Shown here piece by piece: positions 45,747-55,500 of a DNA stretch of 64,000 bases. The position numbers and the translations under genes are program-made. The notes under the pieces were generated by a model. The model did no database searches. It was not told the DNA's origin and saw nothing but the letters and a program-made list of their open reading frames with translations. Source of the DNA: an uncultured Christensenella sp. (lineage in GTDB: Bacteria > Bacillota > Clostridia > Christensenellales > Borkfalkiaceae); the NCBI GenBank assembly GCA_910578195.1, contig CAJTOY010000001.1:422040-486039 (forward strand), read 5' to 3'. Position 1 is the stretch's first letter; each line of letters begins with the position of its first letter.

Positions 45747-46174
45747 TATTTTTCCTCCTTACCGGTCATTTTGGCGTTACTTAAAAATCTGAAAATAAGC
45801 GAACCGATTACGCTTGTAAACGGCACTGTGAACGCGACGCCCTTGCCGTCCTTTATAGTCCTGAATTTTTCATCGAGCATATTAATTGCGTCTTTGATTT
45901 TGTCCTGACGTATGATGCTGAAAATCACGGCTTTATCCGATTCCGCAAGTCCGAGATAAACGAGCATTTTCGCGTCGGCGGTGCCGTGACCGAACGCCGT
46001 CACCTGCATATTGACTTCGAGCGACTGGATTAAGTCGGCGTAGTACTCCGCTTTCTTTCTGTCGACGATTGTAATCAGCAGTTCGAGCTTCATGGAAGTG
46101 ACGGTGTGCGCCGCCGCACCCTTCTTTTCGGGCTTTCTGCGCGGTGCGCGTTTTTCTGTGTTTTTATCAGCCAT
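45746..46174 (-). CDS. PII-like small signalling protein with a basic N-terminal extension
   Basis: 142 aa. The core LELLITIVDRKKAEYYADLIQSLEVNMQVTAFGHGTA.. resembles the neighbour and PII-family proteins. AGGAG RBS. Confidence 0.6.
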   Translation of the reverse strand: MADKNTEKRAPRRKPEKKGAAAHTVTSMKLELLITIVDRKKAEYYADLIQSLEVNMQVTAFGHGTADAKMLVYLGLAESDKAVIFSIIRQDKIKDAINMLDEKFRTIKDGKGVAFTVPFTSVIGSLIFRFLSNAKMTGKEEK

Positions 46175-46182
46175 AAAAGCTC

Positions 46183-47715
46183 CTACTTAAAATAAATGAT
46201 TTGTTCGTCGTCGGCGGCAAGGATACGCTTCATTGCAAGCTTGTTGCGCACTTTCGACAGCATTACCGCCTTGAAGCCTAAAATCTGTATCATAATCAAA
46301 GGGGTCATTGCGACCATTGCAACCACGCCGAAGGCGTTGTTTAAAATCGCGTCGGTGTCGCCCCCGAGTGCGACGCATGCGCCTATCACGAGCGGGAGAA
46401 TAAAGCTCGACGTCAGCGGGCCGCTCGCAACGCCGCCCGAATCGAACGCTATCGCCGTGTAAATCTTCGGCACGAAGAACGAAAGCCCCAACGATATCAG
46501 ATAGCCGGGTATAAGATAATACAAAATCGAGAAACCGAAAATCGTCCTCAGCATAGAAAGCCCGATTGAAATTCCGACCGCTATCGAAAGCGCAATCAGC
46601 ATTTCGAGCTTTTTGACGCCGCCGCCCGTTATTTCCTCTACCTGCTTGTTGAGAACGTGCACGGCGGGTTCGGCGAGGACGACAACCATACCGAGCACAA
46701 GCCCGAACACGACCAGCACGGGCTGGCTGAATTCTGCGATTTTCATTCCGAGTTTGAAGCCTATCGGCATAAACCCGACCTCGACCGCGACAAGGAAAAT
46801 TACAAGCCCCAAAAAGGTGTAAGCTATGCCTATTCCTATCTGGATTAATTTCTGTTTGGGAAGCTTCAAGATTATAAACTGCAATATGAAGAAAAACGCA
46901 ACTACAAGCCCGAGCGCGATTGCAACGTCCTTTAATTTGTTTAGCACTATCCGTCCGAATTCGCCGAGACTTTCCGAAACCGTGACGTATTCGTCAAGCC
47001 CGCTCATCGAGCTTGTGTCGCCGTTCGAAAACAGCATAAGCATCATGACCGCTATCATGGGACCTATCGAGCAAAGCGCGATAAGTCCGAAGGAGTTTTC
47101 GTTGGCGTTGCGCCCGCCTATCGTCGTGGATATACCAACGCCGAGCGCCATGATAAACGGAACGGTTATCGGACCGGTGGTCACGCCGCCCGAGTCGAAC
47201 GATAAAGGTATAAAAGAAATTTTGCCGTTTTCTATCAGTATCGCGCAGACCGCGAAAAGCATCAGATAGAAAAACATCAAAAGCATCGATAAATTCAAGT
47301 GAAAGACGATTTTCGCAACCGCCACCACCAGAAACAAACCCACGCCTATGCCGACGGTGATTACAAGCAGCATTTTGGGGCTAATTACGCTTTCGACCTG
47401 CCCCGCAAGCACGGACAAATCGGGCTCGGCAATGGTTATCAGAACGCCCATAACAAAGCATACCGAAAGCAGAATTGCAAGCTTTTTCGACTTGGTAAGA
47501 CCCGAGCCCACATAGCTGCCCATGGGCGTCATTGCCAAATCCGCGCCGAGGTTGAAAAGCCCTATACCCAGCACCAGAAACAAAGCGGAAACTGCGAAAA
47601 CGACCATTTCCTGCACCGTAAAGCCCATAAAAGGCAACAGTATAAGCACTATTGCCGTGACGGGTAAAACGGATATTAACGATTCTTTTAATTTGGCAAA
47701 CAATATTTTTCGCAT
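46183..47715 (-). CDS. DUF1538-family polytopic membrane protein (internally duplicated)
   Basis: 510 aa and highly hydrophobic. Its two halves each contain FDSGGV(T/A)(T/S)GP(I/L)T. From recollection, this architecture is annotated as DUF1538 and usually sits next to PII-like genes. Confidence 0.65.
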   Translation of the reverse strand: MRKILFAKLKESLISVLPVTAIVLILLPFMGFTVQEMVVFAVSALFLVLGIGLFNLGADLAMTPMGSYVGSGLTKSKKLAILLSVCFVMGVLITIAEPDLSVLAGQVESVISPKMLLVITVGIGVGLFLVVAVAKIVFHLNLSMLLMFFYLMLFAVCAILIENGKISFIPLSFDSGGVTTGPITVPFIMALGVGISTTIGGRNANENSFGLIALCSIGPMIAVMMLMLFSNGDTSSMSGLDEYVTVSESLGEFGRIVLNKLKDVAIALGLVVAFFFILQFIILKLPKQKLIQIGIGIAYTFLGLVIFLVAVEVGFMPIGFKLGMKIAEFSQPVLVVFGLVLGMVVVLAEPAVHVLNKQVEEITGGGVKKLEMLIALSIAVGISIGLSMLRTIFGFSILYYLIPGYLISLGLSFFVPKIYTAIAFDSGGVASGPLTSSFILPLVIGACVALGGDTDAILNNAFGVVAMVAMTPLIMIQILGFKAVMLSKVRNKLAMKRILAADDEQIIYFK

Positions 47716-47760
47716 ATATTTATATCATATCATATGAAAATTGATTTTTCAAAATAATTT

Positions 47761-49239
47761 TCAAGCCCTGAAAAGAAAATATTTATTTAAATGTATATTT
47801 GTCAGCATTTCCGCCGCCGAGGAGGTTATTTCGGTTTCCGACACCTCGGCGATTTTAACCCCGCCCGCATTGTAGAACGCCCAGCCCTCGGGAACGGCAA
47901 ACTCAACTTCTTTGAGATTTTCACAGCCGTCGAAGGCGTATTGACCGATTTCGGTCACGCTTGCGGGTATGAATATTTTCTCCAACCCGATCAAGCCGCG
48001 GAACGCTTCGCTTATAATCGCTGTCACGGGCTTGCCCCTATAAGTTTCTGGAATTATAATTTCGGGTACGCCGTTTTCTATACCGAGCACGGCGTAGGAA
48101 TTTCCGTCCGACAACAGCCCGAAAACAAGCCCTTTCGTCGCGGCTGCGTCCAGCCCGCAATATATGCAGATGTCGTCGGCGAAATTATGCCCGTGCGCGG
48201 ACACAACCTCGGTTTCGAGCACTTTTTCGCAGACCGTGCACTCGGTATGCTTTGCCCCGTCGCTTTCGCAATCCTCTTCAACGTCGGTAATCCACCCGCC
48301 CGCAACGTGACCCGCGGCGGGAATTATTTCGCTTTCTATGCGGATTTTACAAAAAGCGCACTCTCTGAACTTTAACCCGTCTTTCTCGCAAGAGGGTTGA
48401 ATTTCAGTTATCCACTCGCTCAAAGCGTGCGGCAGCTTCTCGACCGTCCGCGTTTCGGTATGTGTTTCGTCGTTTTTGCAGACGCGCGTTTCAAGCCCTT
48501 CCTGCGTGCACATCGGCTCGGTCACAGTCGTCCATTCGGAAAAGTTGTGACCCATCGCGGGAATTGTCTCACTATCCGAACGCAAGCCGCAAACGCTACA
48601 CTCTCTATACTTTAAGCCGTCCGTCTCGCACGTTTCCTGTGTTATAAAATCTTTTATAACGTGATTGATTTTCTCTGTCGTGCGGGTTTCCGTATGGCTT
48701 TCGTCGTGCGCGCAGACCCGCCTTTCCTCGCCGTGCTCGGTGCAAGTGGCGCTTTTCACTTCTTCCCATTCGCCGAACGCGTGACCGAGCGGCGGTATTT
48801 CTACAAACGTGCTGTAATTACAGCGCGTACAATATTCATATTCCGCGTGCCCCGCTTCCGTGCAGGTTGCGTTTTCTGCCACGACATTTTCCAAGGCGTG
48901 GTTCAGCGCGGGTATTGTTATCTTTTCGGTACCCTCGCCGCAACGCCTGCACTGTCTGTATGCTTCGTGTCCTTCTTCGGTGCATGTTGCGGGCTTTTCT
49001 TCGTATTCGATATAATCGTGACCGAGCGAAGCCATAACCCCCGTCTGTTTTTCGCCGCACGAACAATAGCGTTCGCGTTCGCCGTCCTCGGTACAAGTTC
49101 TGTTTTTCGTAATAACCCATTCATCGTACATATGGCGATGAACGGGTTCGTGTAAGACAAAATATTCACAGCCCGCAAAGAGGGCGGCACAAAATACGGT
49201 ACAAAATACTATCAAAAATATTAACGGAAGTTTTTTCAT
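47761..49239 (-). CDS. Lipoprotein with eight tandem repeats of about 38-40 aa rich in His/Cys, plus a C-terminal BspA-type leucine-rich repeat region
   Basis: Lipobox FAGC. The repeats look like H.(F/Y).EW.....TC(T/E).(E/D)G....R.C..C. The C-terminus IIIPETYRGKPVTAIISEAFRGLIGLEKIFIPASVTEIGQYAFDGCENLKEV is LRR_5-like. Confidence 0.7.
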   Translation of the reverse strand: MKKLPLIFLIVFCTVFCAALFAGCEYFVLHEPVHRHMYDEWVITKNRTCTEDGERERYCSCGEKQTGVMASLGHDYIEYEEKPATCTEEGHEAYRQCRRCGEGTEKITIPALNHALENVVAENATCTEAGHAEYEYCTRCNYSTFVEIPPLGHAFGEWEEVKSATCTEHGEERRVCAHDESHTETRTTEKINHVIKDFITQETCETDGLKYRECSVCGLRSDSETIPAMGHNFSEWTTVTEPMCTQEGLETRVCKNDETHTETRTVEKLPHALSEWITEIQPSCEKDGLKFRECAFCKIRIESEIIPAAGHVAGGWITDVEEDCESDGAKHTECTVCEKVLETEVVSAHGHNFADDICIYCGLDAAATKGLVFGLLSDGNSYAVLGIENGVPEIIIPETYRGKPVTAIISEAFRGLIGLEKIFIPASVTEIGQYAFDGCENLKEVEFAVPEGWAFYNAGGVKIAEVSETEITSSAAEMLTNIHLNKYFLFRA

Positions 49240-49970
49240 TCGTGTTTATAATTTTTGCGATATTGTAAGGGTGTGATTTTATATTTTTTCTTGAATTTTT
49301 GCTGGAAATGGCTTTGCGACGCGAACTTGAACAGCGAGGAAATTTCCGCTATGCTTTTATCCGAAAATCTCAGCATCGCCGCCGCGGCTTTCAGCCGCTC
49401 GTCCTGAATAAAGGTTTTTATGCTCACGCCGTAAACCTGCTTGAATTTTCTGCTCAGATACGACGGGTTGTAGCCGCAGTGCTCGGCTACGTCGGGAAGG
49501 GTGATTGCCGATTTTAAGTTGGAGGCGATATAGTCGGTACAGTTCGACAGCTCGTCATAGCGGTCGGCGCCGTTATCGGTTTCCCCGCCGAAACGGTTGC
49601 AAAAATCGCGGAACGCCGTGACGAACAAATGATATACGTCGTCGCCGTCCGAACAGTTTTCGACAAGGCGCATATACATATTTTCAAGCATAATCACCGC
49701 CGAACTCTTGTTTCTGCTCATGACCGTGGCGCGCATATAGCCTAAAATGACTATGAACCCGTTCTTCTGTCTGCGAAGGCTGTCGGTGACGGACACGGCG
49801 AAACAACTATGGCTGTATTCGCCTGTATACCACTCTTTTGCGAGCTCCTCGTCTTTGAGTAAAACCGCACCGCACAGCTTTTCGAAGTCGCACAGTCTGT
49901 AAACCGTTTCGTCGTTGCTCATAACTGCGCCGTACAGTTTTTCTATTTCTTCTTTTTTACCGTCGGACAT
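49236..49970 (-). CDS. AraC-family transcriptional regulator
   Basis: C-terminal double HTH (ITLPDVAEHCGYNPSYLSRKFKQVYG...IAEISSLFKFASQSHFQQKFKKKY). ATGA overlap with the downstream repeat protein. Confidence 0.85.
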   Translation of the reverse strand: MSDGKKEEIEKLYGAVMSNDETVYRLCDFEKLCGAVLLKDEELAKEWYTGEYSHSCFAVSVTDSLRRQKNGFIVILGYMRATVMSRNKSSAVIMLENMYMRLVENCSDGDDVYHLFVTAFRDFCNRFGGETDNGADRYDELSNCTDYIASNLKSAITLPDVAEHCGYNPSYLSRKFKQVYGVSIKTFIQDERLKAAAAMLRFSDKSIAEISSLFKFASQSHFQQKFKKKYKITPLQYRKNYKHE

Positions 49971-50024
49971 TTTTTCCTTTTAAAATAGGGCAAAGCGGTG
50001 TTGCTTTGCCCTTACAATGTTAAT

Positions 50025-50456
50025 TTATATCTTTCTTCTTGCAACTGCTATTCTGATTTTACGTTTGACAGGCGCCTCCGCGCGAACCTCGGCGGGTTTT
50101 ACCTCCGTCGGGAGCGGCTCGGGTTTCACTTCCGCGGCGACGATGACTTCGGGCTCGGCAGCAGCCGCAACTTCCTCTTGTACTTCTTCCACGGCTTCGA
50201 CGGGCCTCGCGTCGATTTCGATATCCATACCGCCCGCTTTCAGCATATTTATGTACGCAACCGCGCACGGGTAAATGCTTGTCTTTTTACAGCCGCGGCA
50301 GAAAGGCGCGTACATTCCGCAGAGGTCAAAGCCGCTTAAAAGACTGTTTTTATATTTGTCTGCGTCGATTACAAGCTGCAATCTTTGCAGATTTTCCTTT
50401 GTAAGCTTCTTCGGCATTGTATTTAAAAGCTGTAAAGGCGAATTGCTGTCCCACAT
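50025..50456 (-). CDS. hypothetical protein with a Cys-rich N-domain, acidic/Pro-rich linker and basic C-terminus
   Basis: ATG at 50456 is preceded by GGGAG at 9 nt. It contains CGMYAPFCRGCKKTSIYPCAVAY, then an E/V/A/P-rich segment, then KRKIRIAVARRKI. I recognise no family. Confidence 0.5.
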   Translation of the reverse strand: MWDSNSPLQLLNTMPKKLTKENLQRLQLVIDADKYKNSLLSGFDLCGMYAPFCRGCKKTSIYPCAVAYINMLKAGGMDIEIDARPVEAVEEVQEEVAAAAEPEVIVAAEVKPEPLPTEVKPAEVRAEAPVKRKIRIAVARRKI

Positions 50457-50522
50457 AACGTTTTACTCCCGTATGATTTATTTGATTATACAATATGAAA
50501 TGCAAAATTTCAAGTATTATCG

Positions 50523-51446
50523 TTATATTTTTTGAACTGTCAGCGAGGAAAGTATTTCCTCGTACTTGTCTTTGCTGAACGAAATGCTGTCGGGCAAGGT
50601 GACCGAAGCCGTTCCGCCCGCGACGCCGCAACGGAGCACTTCCTCCAACGAGCCGCCCTTAATCAGCGCGTTCGACGCCGCCGCGACCATACCGTCGCCC
50701 GCGCCTATCGTGGAATTCATAGCCACGTTTACGCTTTTGCAATAAAAGCTTTTGCTTCCGTCGGTTATCACCGCGCCGTGCTTGCCGAGCGATAAAAGCA
50801 CACGTTCCGCGCCTTTGTCTAAAATTTTGCGGCATGCAATAAGCATTTCCTCTTTCGATTTAATTTCGGTTTTTAAGGTTTTTTCAAGCTCGGACAAATT
50901 CGGCTTGACGAGGTTTACTCCGCACTTTAACGCGTGTTCGAGCCTCTCGCCGTCCGTATCCGCGATTTTAAACGCAGTTTTCGGCGCGGCGCTTAATGCC
51001 TTGTAATAAAAATCTATTTCCGTACCCTTCGCAAGCCCGCCGGAAATTATTATGCCCTCGCATGTTTTGGAGATATTTGCAATAAGATTCAAAAGCTCGT
51101 CTTGCTTTTCAAGGCTCACCTCCGGGCTGGATTCGTCTACTTCGGTGAGCATCGAGCGGTGGTCGATAAACTGGTATTTTTCACGGACTCTGCCCTTGTT
51201 CCAGACGAATTTATAGGGCACTCCCTCGCGGTGAAGCTCGTGCTCGAACATGTTGCCGTTTTGTTCGTACATGAAGCCCGTCGCGAATACGTCTGCTTTC
51301 AGCCGCGCAAGACCGGTTGCCACGTTCAGCGCTTTGCCGGTGTAAAAAATTCTTTTGCTTTTTATCTTGTTGGACATTCCCACCCTTAAATAATCGATTT
51401 CCATATTGACTTCGATACAAGGGTTCGGGCAAACGGTTAATATCAT
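50523..51446 (-). CDS. PfkB-family 1-phosphofructokinase / tagatose-6-phosphate kinase-like enzyme
   Basis: The N-terminus MILTVCPNPCIE and the C-terminal GAGDGMVAA are typical of the FruK/LacC subfamily. 307 aa. Confidence 0.75.
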   Translation of the reverse strand: MILTVCPNPCIEVNMEIDYLRVGMSNKIKSKRIFYTGKALNVATGLARLKADVFATGFMYEQNGNMFEHELHREGVPYKFVWNKGRVREKYQFIDHRSMLTEVDESSPEVSLEKQDELLNLIANISKTCEGIIISGGLAKGTEIDFYYKALSAAPKTAFKIADTDGERLEHALKCGVNLVKPNLSELEKTLKTEIKSKEEMLIACRKILDKGAERVLLSLGKHGAVITDGSKSFYCKSVNVAMNSTIGAGDGMVAAASNALIKGGSLEEVLRCGVAGGTASVTLPDSISFSKDKYEEILSSLTVQKI

Positions 51447-51502
51447 TTATTCAATTCCTTAAAATTATTAAAAGCCGCAAACGGTGCGGCTTTACGGAAT
51501 AC

Positions 51503-52465
51503 TTACATTGAAATCATTTGAAGGGTTTCATACAGCTCGTAATTGAATTTCTTTTTCATATTTACGGCTTCTATGATGTCCATATCGATAATTTCGTTTT
51601 TGCGTATACCCACCACTCTGTTGCCGATACCTTCGTTCAGAAGCCTTACGGCTTTGTTTCCGAACTGGGCGGCCAACATTCTGTCCGCCATGGAGGGCGA
51701 ACCGCCGCGCTGGATATGACCTATAGTCGTAGGACGAACCGAATAGGTGGTTACCGATTGAAGCTGCTTTGCAAACTCTTCCGCAGTGCAAACGCCCTCG
51801 GCGACTACCACTATATTCGAGTGTTTGCCGTTCGCGCGCGAACGGTTAATCTTCATGACTATATCGTCCAAATCGAACACGACTTCGGGCACGACTATAA
51901 TTTCCGCGCCGCTCGCAATTCCCGCAAAAAGCGCTATATCGCCGCAGCGTCTGCCCATTACTTCAACAACCGAAATTCTCTCGTGAGAGGTCATGGTGTC
52001 GCGAAGCTTGTTGATAACGTCGATACAGGTATTTACCGCCGTATCGAAGCCGAGCGTATAGTCCGTATATTCGAGGTCGTTATCGATAGTTCCGGGAATA
52101 CCTATCGTAGGAATTCCGTACTCCTCGGAAAGGCACTTTGCGCCTCTGAACGAACCGTCGCCGCCTATAACCACAAGCCCCTCGATACCTCTCGCTTCGA
52201 GCGTTTTAACCGCCTTTCTCTGCCCCGCTTTCGTGAGCATTTCAAGGCACCTTGCAGTCCTCAGCTTCGTGCCGCCGCTTTGCACGATATTCGAAACGGT
52301 ACGCATTTCCATCTGTATCATTTCATCGTCTATAAGACCCTGATACCCGCGTTCGATACCGTATACTTCCATACCGTAATAAAGCGCCGTACGGACAACC
52401 GCCCTTATGCATGCGTTCATACCGGGAGCGTCGCCGCCGCTGGTTAACAAGCCTATTCTTTTCAT
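51503..52465 (-). CDS. pfkA: ATP-dependent 6-phosphofructokinase
   Basis: RIGLLTSGGDAPGMNA, GGDGS, PGTIDND and MGR blocks. 320 aa, GGAGGA RBS. Confidence 0.95.
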   Translation of the reverse strand: MKRIGLLTSGGDAPGMNACIRAVVRTALYYGMEVYGIERGYQGLIDDEMIQMEMRTVSNIVQSGGTKLRTARCLEMLTKAGQRKAVKTLEARGIEGLVVIGGDGSFRGAKCLSEEYGIPTIGIPGTIDNDLEYTDYTLGFDTAVNTCIDVINKLRDTMTSHERISVVEVMGRRCGDIALFAGIASGAEIIVVPEVVFDLDDIVMKINRSRANGKHSNIVVVAEGVCTAEEFAKQLQSVTTYSVRPTTIGHIQRGGSPSMADRMLAAQFGNKAVRLLNEGIGNRVVGIRKNEIIDMDIIEAVNMKKKFNYELYETLQMISM

Positions 52466-52591
52466 AAAAATTCCTCCGCTTGATTTCCGCGGTTCACGCT
52501 TGCCCCTCTGCCGCTATGAACCTATTTTACATCATTCCCAAATTATATTATATCATATTACAAATAAAAATCAACAGTTTTTCGGAAAATT

Positions 52592-55500
52592 TTATGTTTT
52601 ATCTACAAACTTAATATCTTCCGTGTCGATAAACGCCGACAATTCGGCAAGAAGCCCTCTGCAATAGTTCACGCCGTTTGGCATTTTGTAGCGTTTGCTG
52701 CCGCGGACTATCTTGCAGACCGTGTTGCCCTCGTAGCCCGAAATCATATTAACAAACTCGTCGAAGGTCTCGTCGTCGAGCTTGCCCGCGTTCAGCCAGA
52801 GTACGGGTTCGCTTTTTTTAACCTCCGCACTTTCGCTCCGAATTCCCTCCGCCTCGACGGTTTCTATCTCGTCGACAATAAGTGAAATTCCTTTCTCCGC
52901 GTCCACGTCGAGCTTACCCTTGACCTTGATTATTTTATCGTTTGCGATATCGCCTTTGCATTTTTCATACACCGCGGGGAAGCACACGCAATCCATACTG
53001 CCGTACACGTCCTCGACGTTTAAAAACGCCATAAAGCTGCCCGTGCGTTTTGTGGTCGTGCGCCTGAACGAAGCGATTATGCCCGCCATGGATACGCGCA
53101 TACCGTCGGTAATGCGGTTATAAGTCCGGTTTCCCTCTTCGTCCTCGACGTAATCGTCGAGATACGAGCAGTCGAAAGTACAGTCGGGGAAAGCGTGCAT
53201 AAATTTCTCGAACGGGTGACCCGAAACGTAAACCCCCAGAACCTGCTTCTCTTTCGAAAGCTTTTCGTTCAGCTCGTATTCGGGTATATCGGGATACGTT
53301 ACTTCGAGGCTTTCCTCTTCGAGCACGTCGCCGAACAAGCTCATTTGCGCGCTGTTGCGCTGCTTGCTTATTGACTTTGCGCGGTTGCAAAGCTGTTCGT
53401 AGACCAGCGCGAGACGTGAACGGCTCACGCCCATGTCGTCGAACGCACCCGCAAAGATAAGTCCCTCGACAAGCCGCGAATTCAAAACGTTGATACAGCG
53501 CGAAATAAAATCGGGGAAATCCTTGAAGTTTCCGTTTTTGGTTCTCTCCTCGATAATCGTATCGATTACCGCCTGACCCGCGCCTTTTAGCGCGGAAAGC
53601 CCGAAACGCACGCCGTCGTTTTCGACTGTGAAGACGGTTTTACTCTTATTTATGTCGGGCGGAAAAACTTTGTATCCTTTTTCCCTCAAATAGAGTACGT
53701 ATTTGGTTATTTCGTCAATTTTGCTTAAACGGTTATTTAAAAGCGCGCAAATAAATTCCTTGCAATAGTACTTTTTCAACCACGCCGTCTGGTACGCAAG
53801 CACGGCGTAAGCAGCGGCGTGGGATTTGTTGAACGCATACGAAGCAAACCCCTCCATATCGCCGAAAATCTTGTTCGCGACGTCCGCGGCAATGCCGTTG
53901 TGCACGCAGCCCTTTATCTCGCTTCCGTTGGTATCGCTTATGCCGCCGTTGATAAATTTCTCTTTCTGCGCCATAAGGGTCTTTTTGTCCTTTTTACCCA
54001 TGGCGCGCCTTACGAGGTCAGCTTCACCGAGCGAGAAGCCCGCAAGGAACTGGAAAATCTGCATTACCTGTTCCTGATATACGGGAATACCGTAAGTGAC
54101 TTCCAGAATTTGTTTTTCCGCCTCGCAGTCGTAAGCTATCGGCTCGATGCCGTGCTTGCGGTTACAGAACGAATCTATAAACTTCATGGGACCGGGGCGG
54201 TACAGCGAAACGCCCGCTATCAAGTCCTCCAAACGGTCGGGCTTCAACTGCTTCATGAAGCGCTTCATGCCGCCCGCTTCGAGCTGGAACACGCCGTCGG
54301 TGTCGCCCTCGGAAATAAGTCCGTACGCGCCCGCGTCCTCATAGCCTATCACGTTGAAATCTATTTCTCTGTTGAAATCTTCGCGAATATAGTCGATACA
54401 CTTCTTGATATCTGTCAACGTCACGAGCGCGAGGAAGTCCATTTTGAGCATGCCGAGCGACTCTATTTCCTTTGCGACGAACTGCGTCGTAATGTCGTCT
54501 CCGTTTCTGGAAAGAGGAACGTTGTCCGCAATTCTCTTCTGACAGATAACTACGCCCGCGGCGTGAATACCCGTCTGGCGGGGCATGCCCTCAATTTTCA
54601 GCGCCATATCGATAACGCGGCGCAACGCGTCGTCGGTCTCGTAAATGTCGCAAAACTCGCTGTTTCTCGCTGCTTTAAGCTCGCCGAGCTTGCCCTCCAA
54701 GTCCGCCTTTTTGTCCTCGTCGGTCTCCGCGTCGAATTTGGACTGAACGCCCGCAATTCTCCGACCTAAAAGGTCGCCTATCGAGGTCTTGCCGTCCATT
54801 ATCTTGGTAAGCCTGTCGGTCTCGGAATAGGGCACGCGCATGACCCTTCCGACGTCCTTGATAGAGTTTTTTGCCGCCATTGTGCCGAACGTGACTATCT
54901 GACAAACGTTTTCAAATCCGTACTTGCGGCGGACGTATTCTATCGTTTCCTCGCGGCGGTCGGTACAGAAGTCGATATCGAAGTCGGGCATGGAAACGCG
55001 GTCGGGGTTCAAAAATCTTTCGAAAAGCAAGTCGTATTGCAGGGGCTCGACGTCGGTTATTCCTATCGAGTACGCGACAATCGAGCTTACGCCCGAGCCT
55101 CTACCGGGTCCAACGGGTATGCCCTGCTCCTTAGACCAGTTAATGAAGTCCCAGACTACGAGATAATAATCGGCATATCCCATGCCGCAGATTATGCCGA
55201 GCTCGTACTCGGCGCGGTCGAGCTCGCGCCGTGTGGGCGTGCCGTAGCGCTTTTTAAGCCCCTCCGCAGTGAGCTTTCTGAGGTATTCCACCGCCGTGCT
55301 TCCGTCGGGCGGGGTGTACGTCGGGATAAGTGTATTGTCCTTTTCGGGGTAGCCCTTTTTATTGAGGTTGAACGCAGGCTCGGTCACCTTGTCGGCAATA
55401 ACGCGGGTGTTCGAAATCGCCTTCGGAAGGTTAGGAAACAGCGCCGCCATTTCGTCGCCCGTCTTGAAATAAAATTCGTCGGTCGAGAATTTCATTCGTT

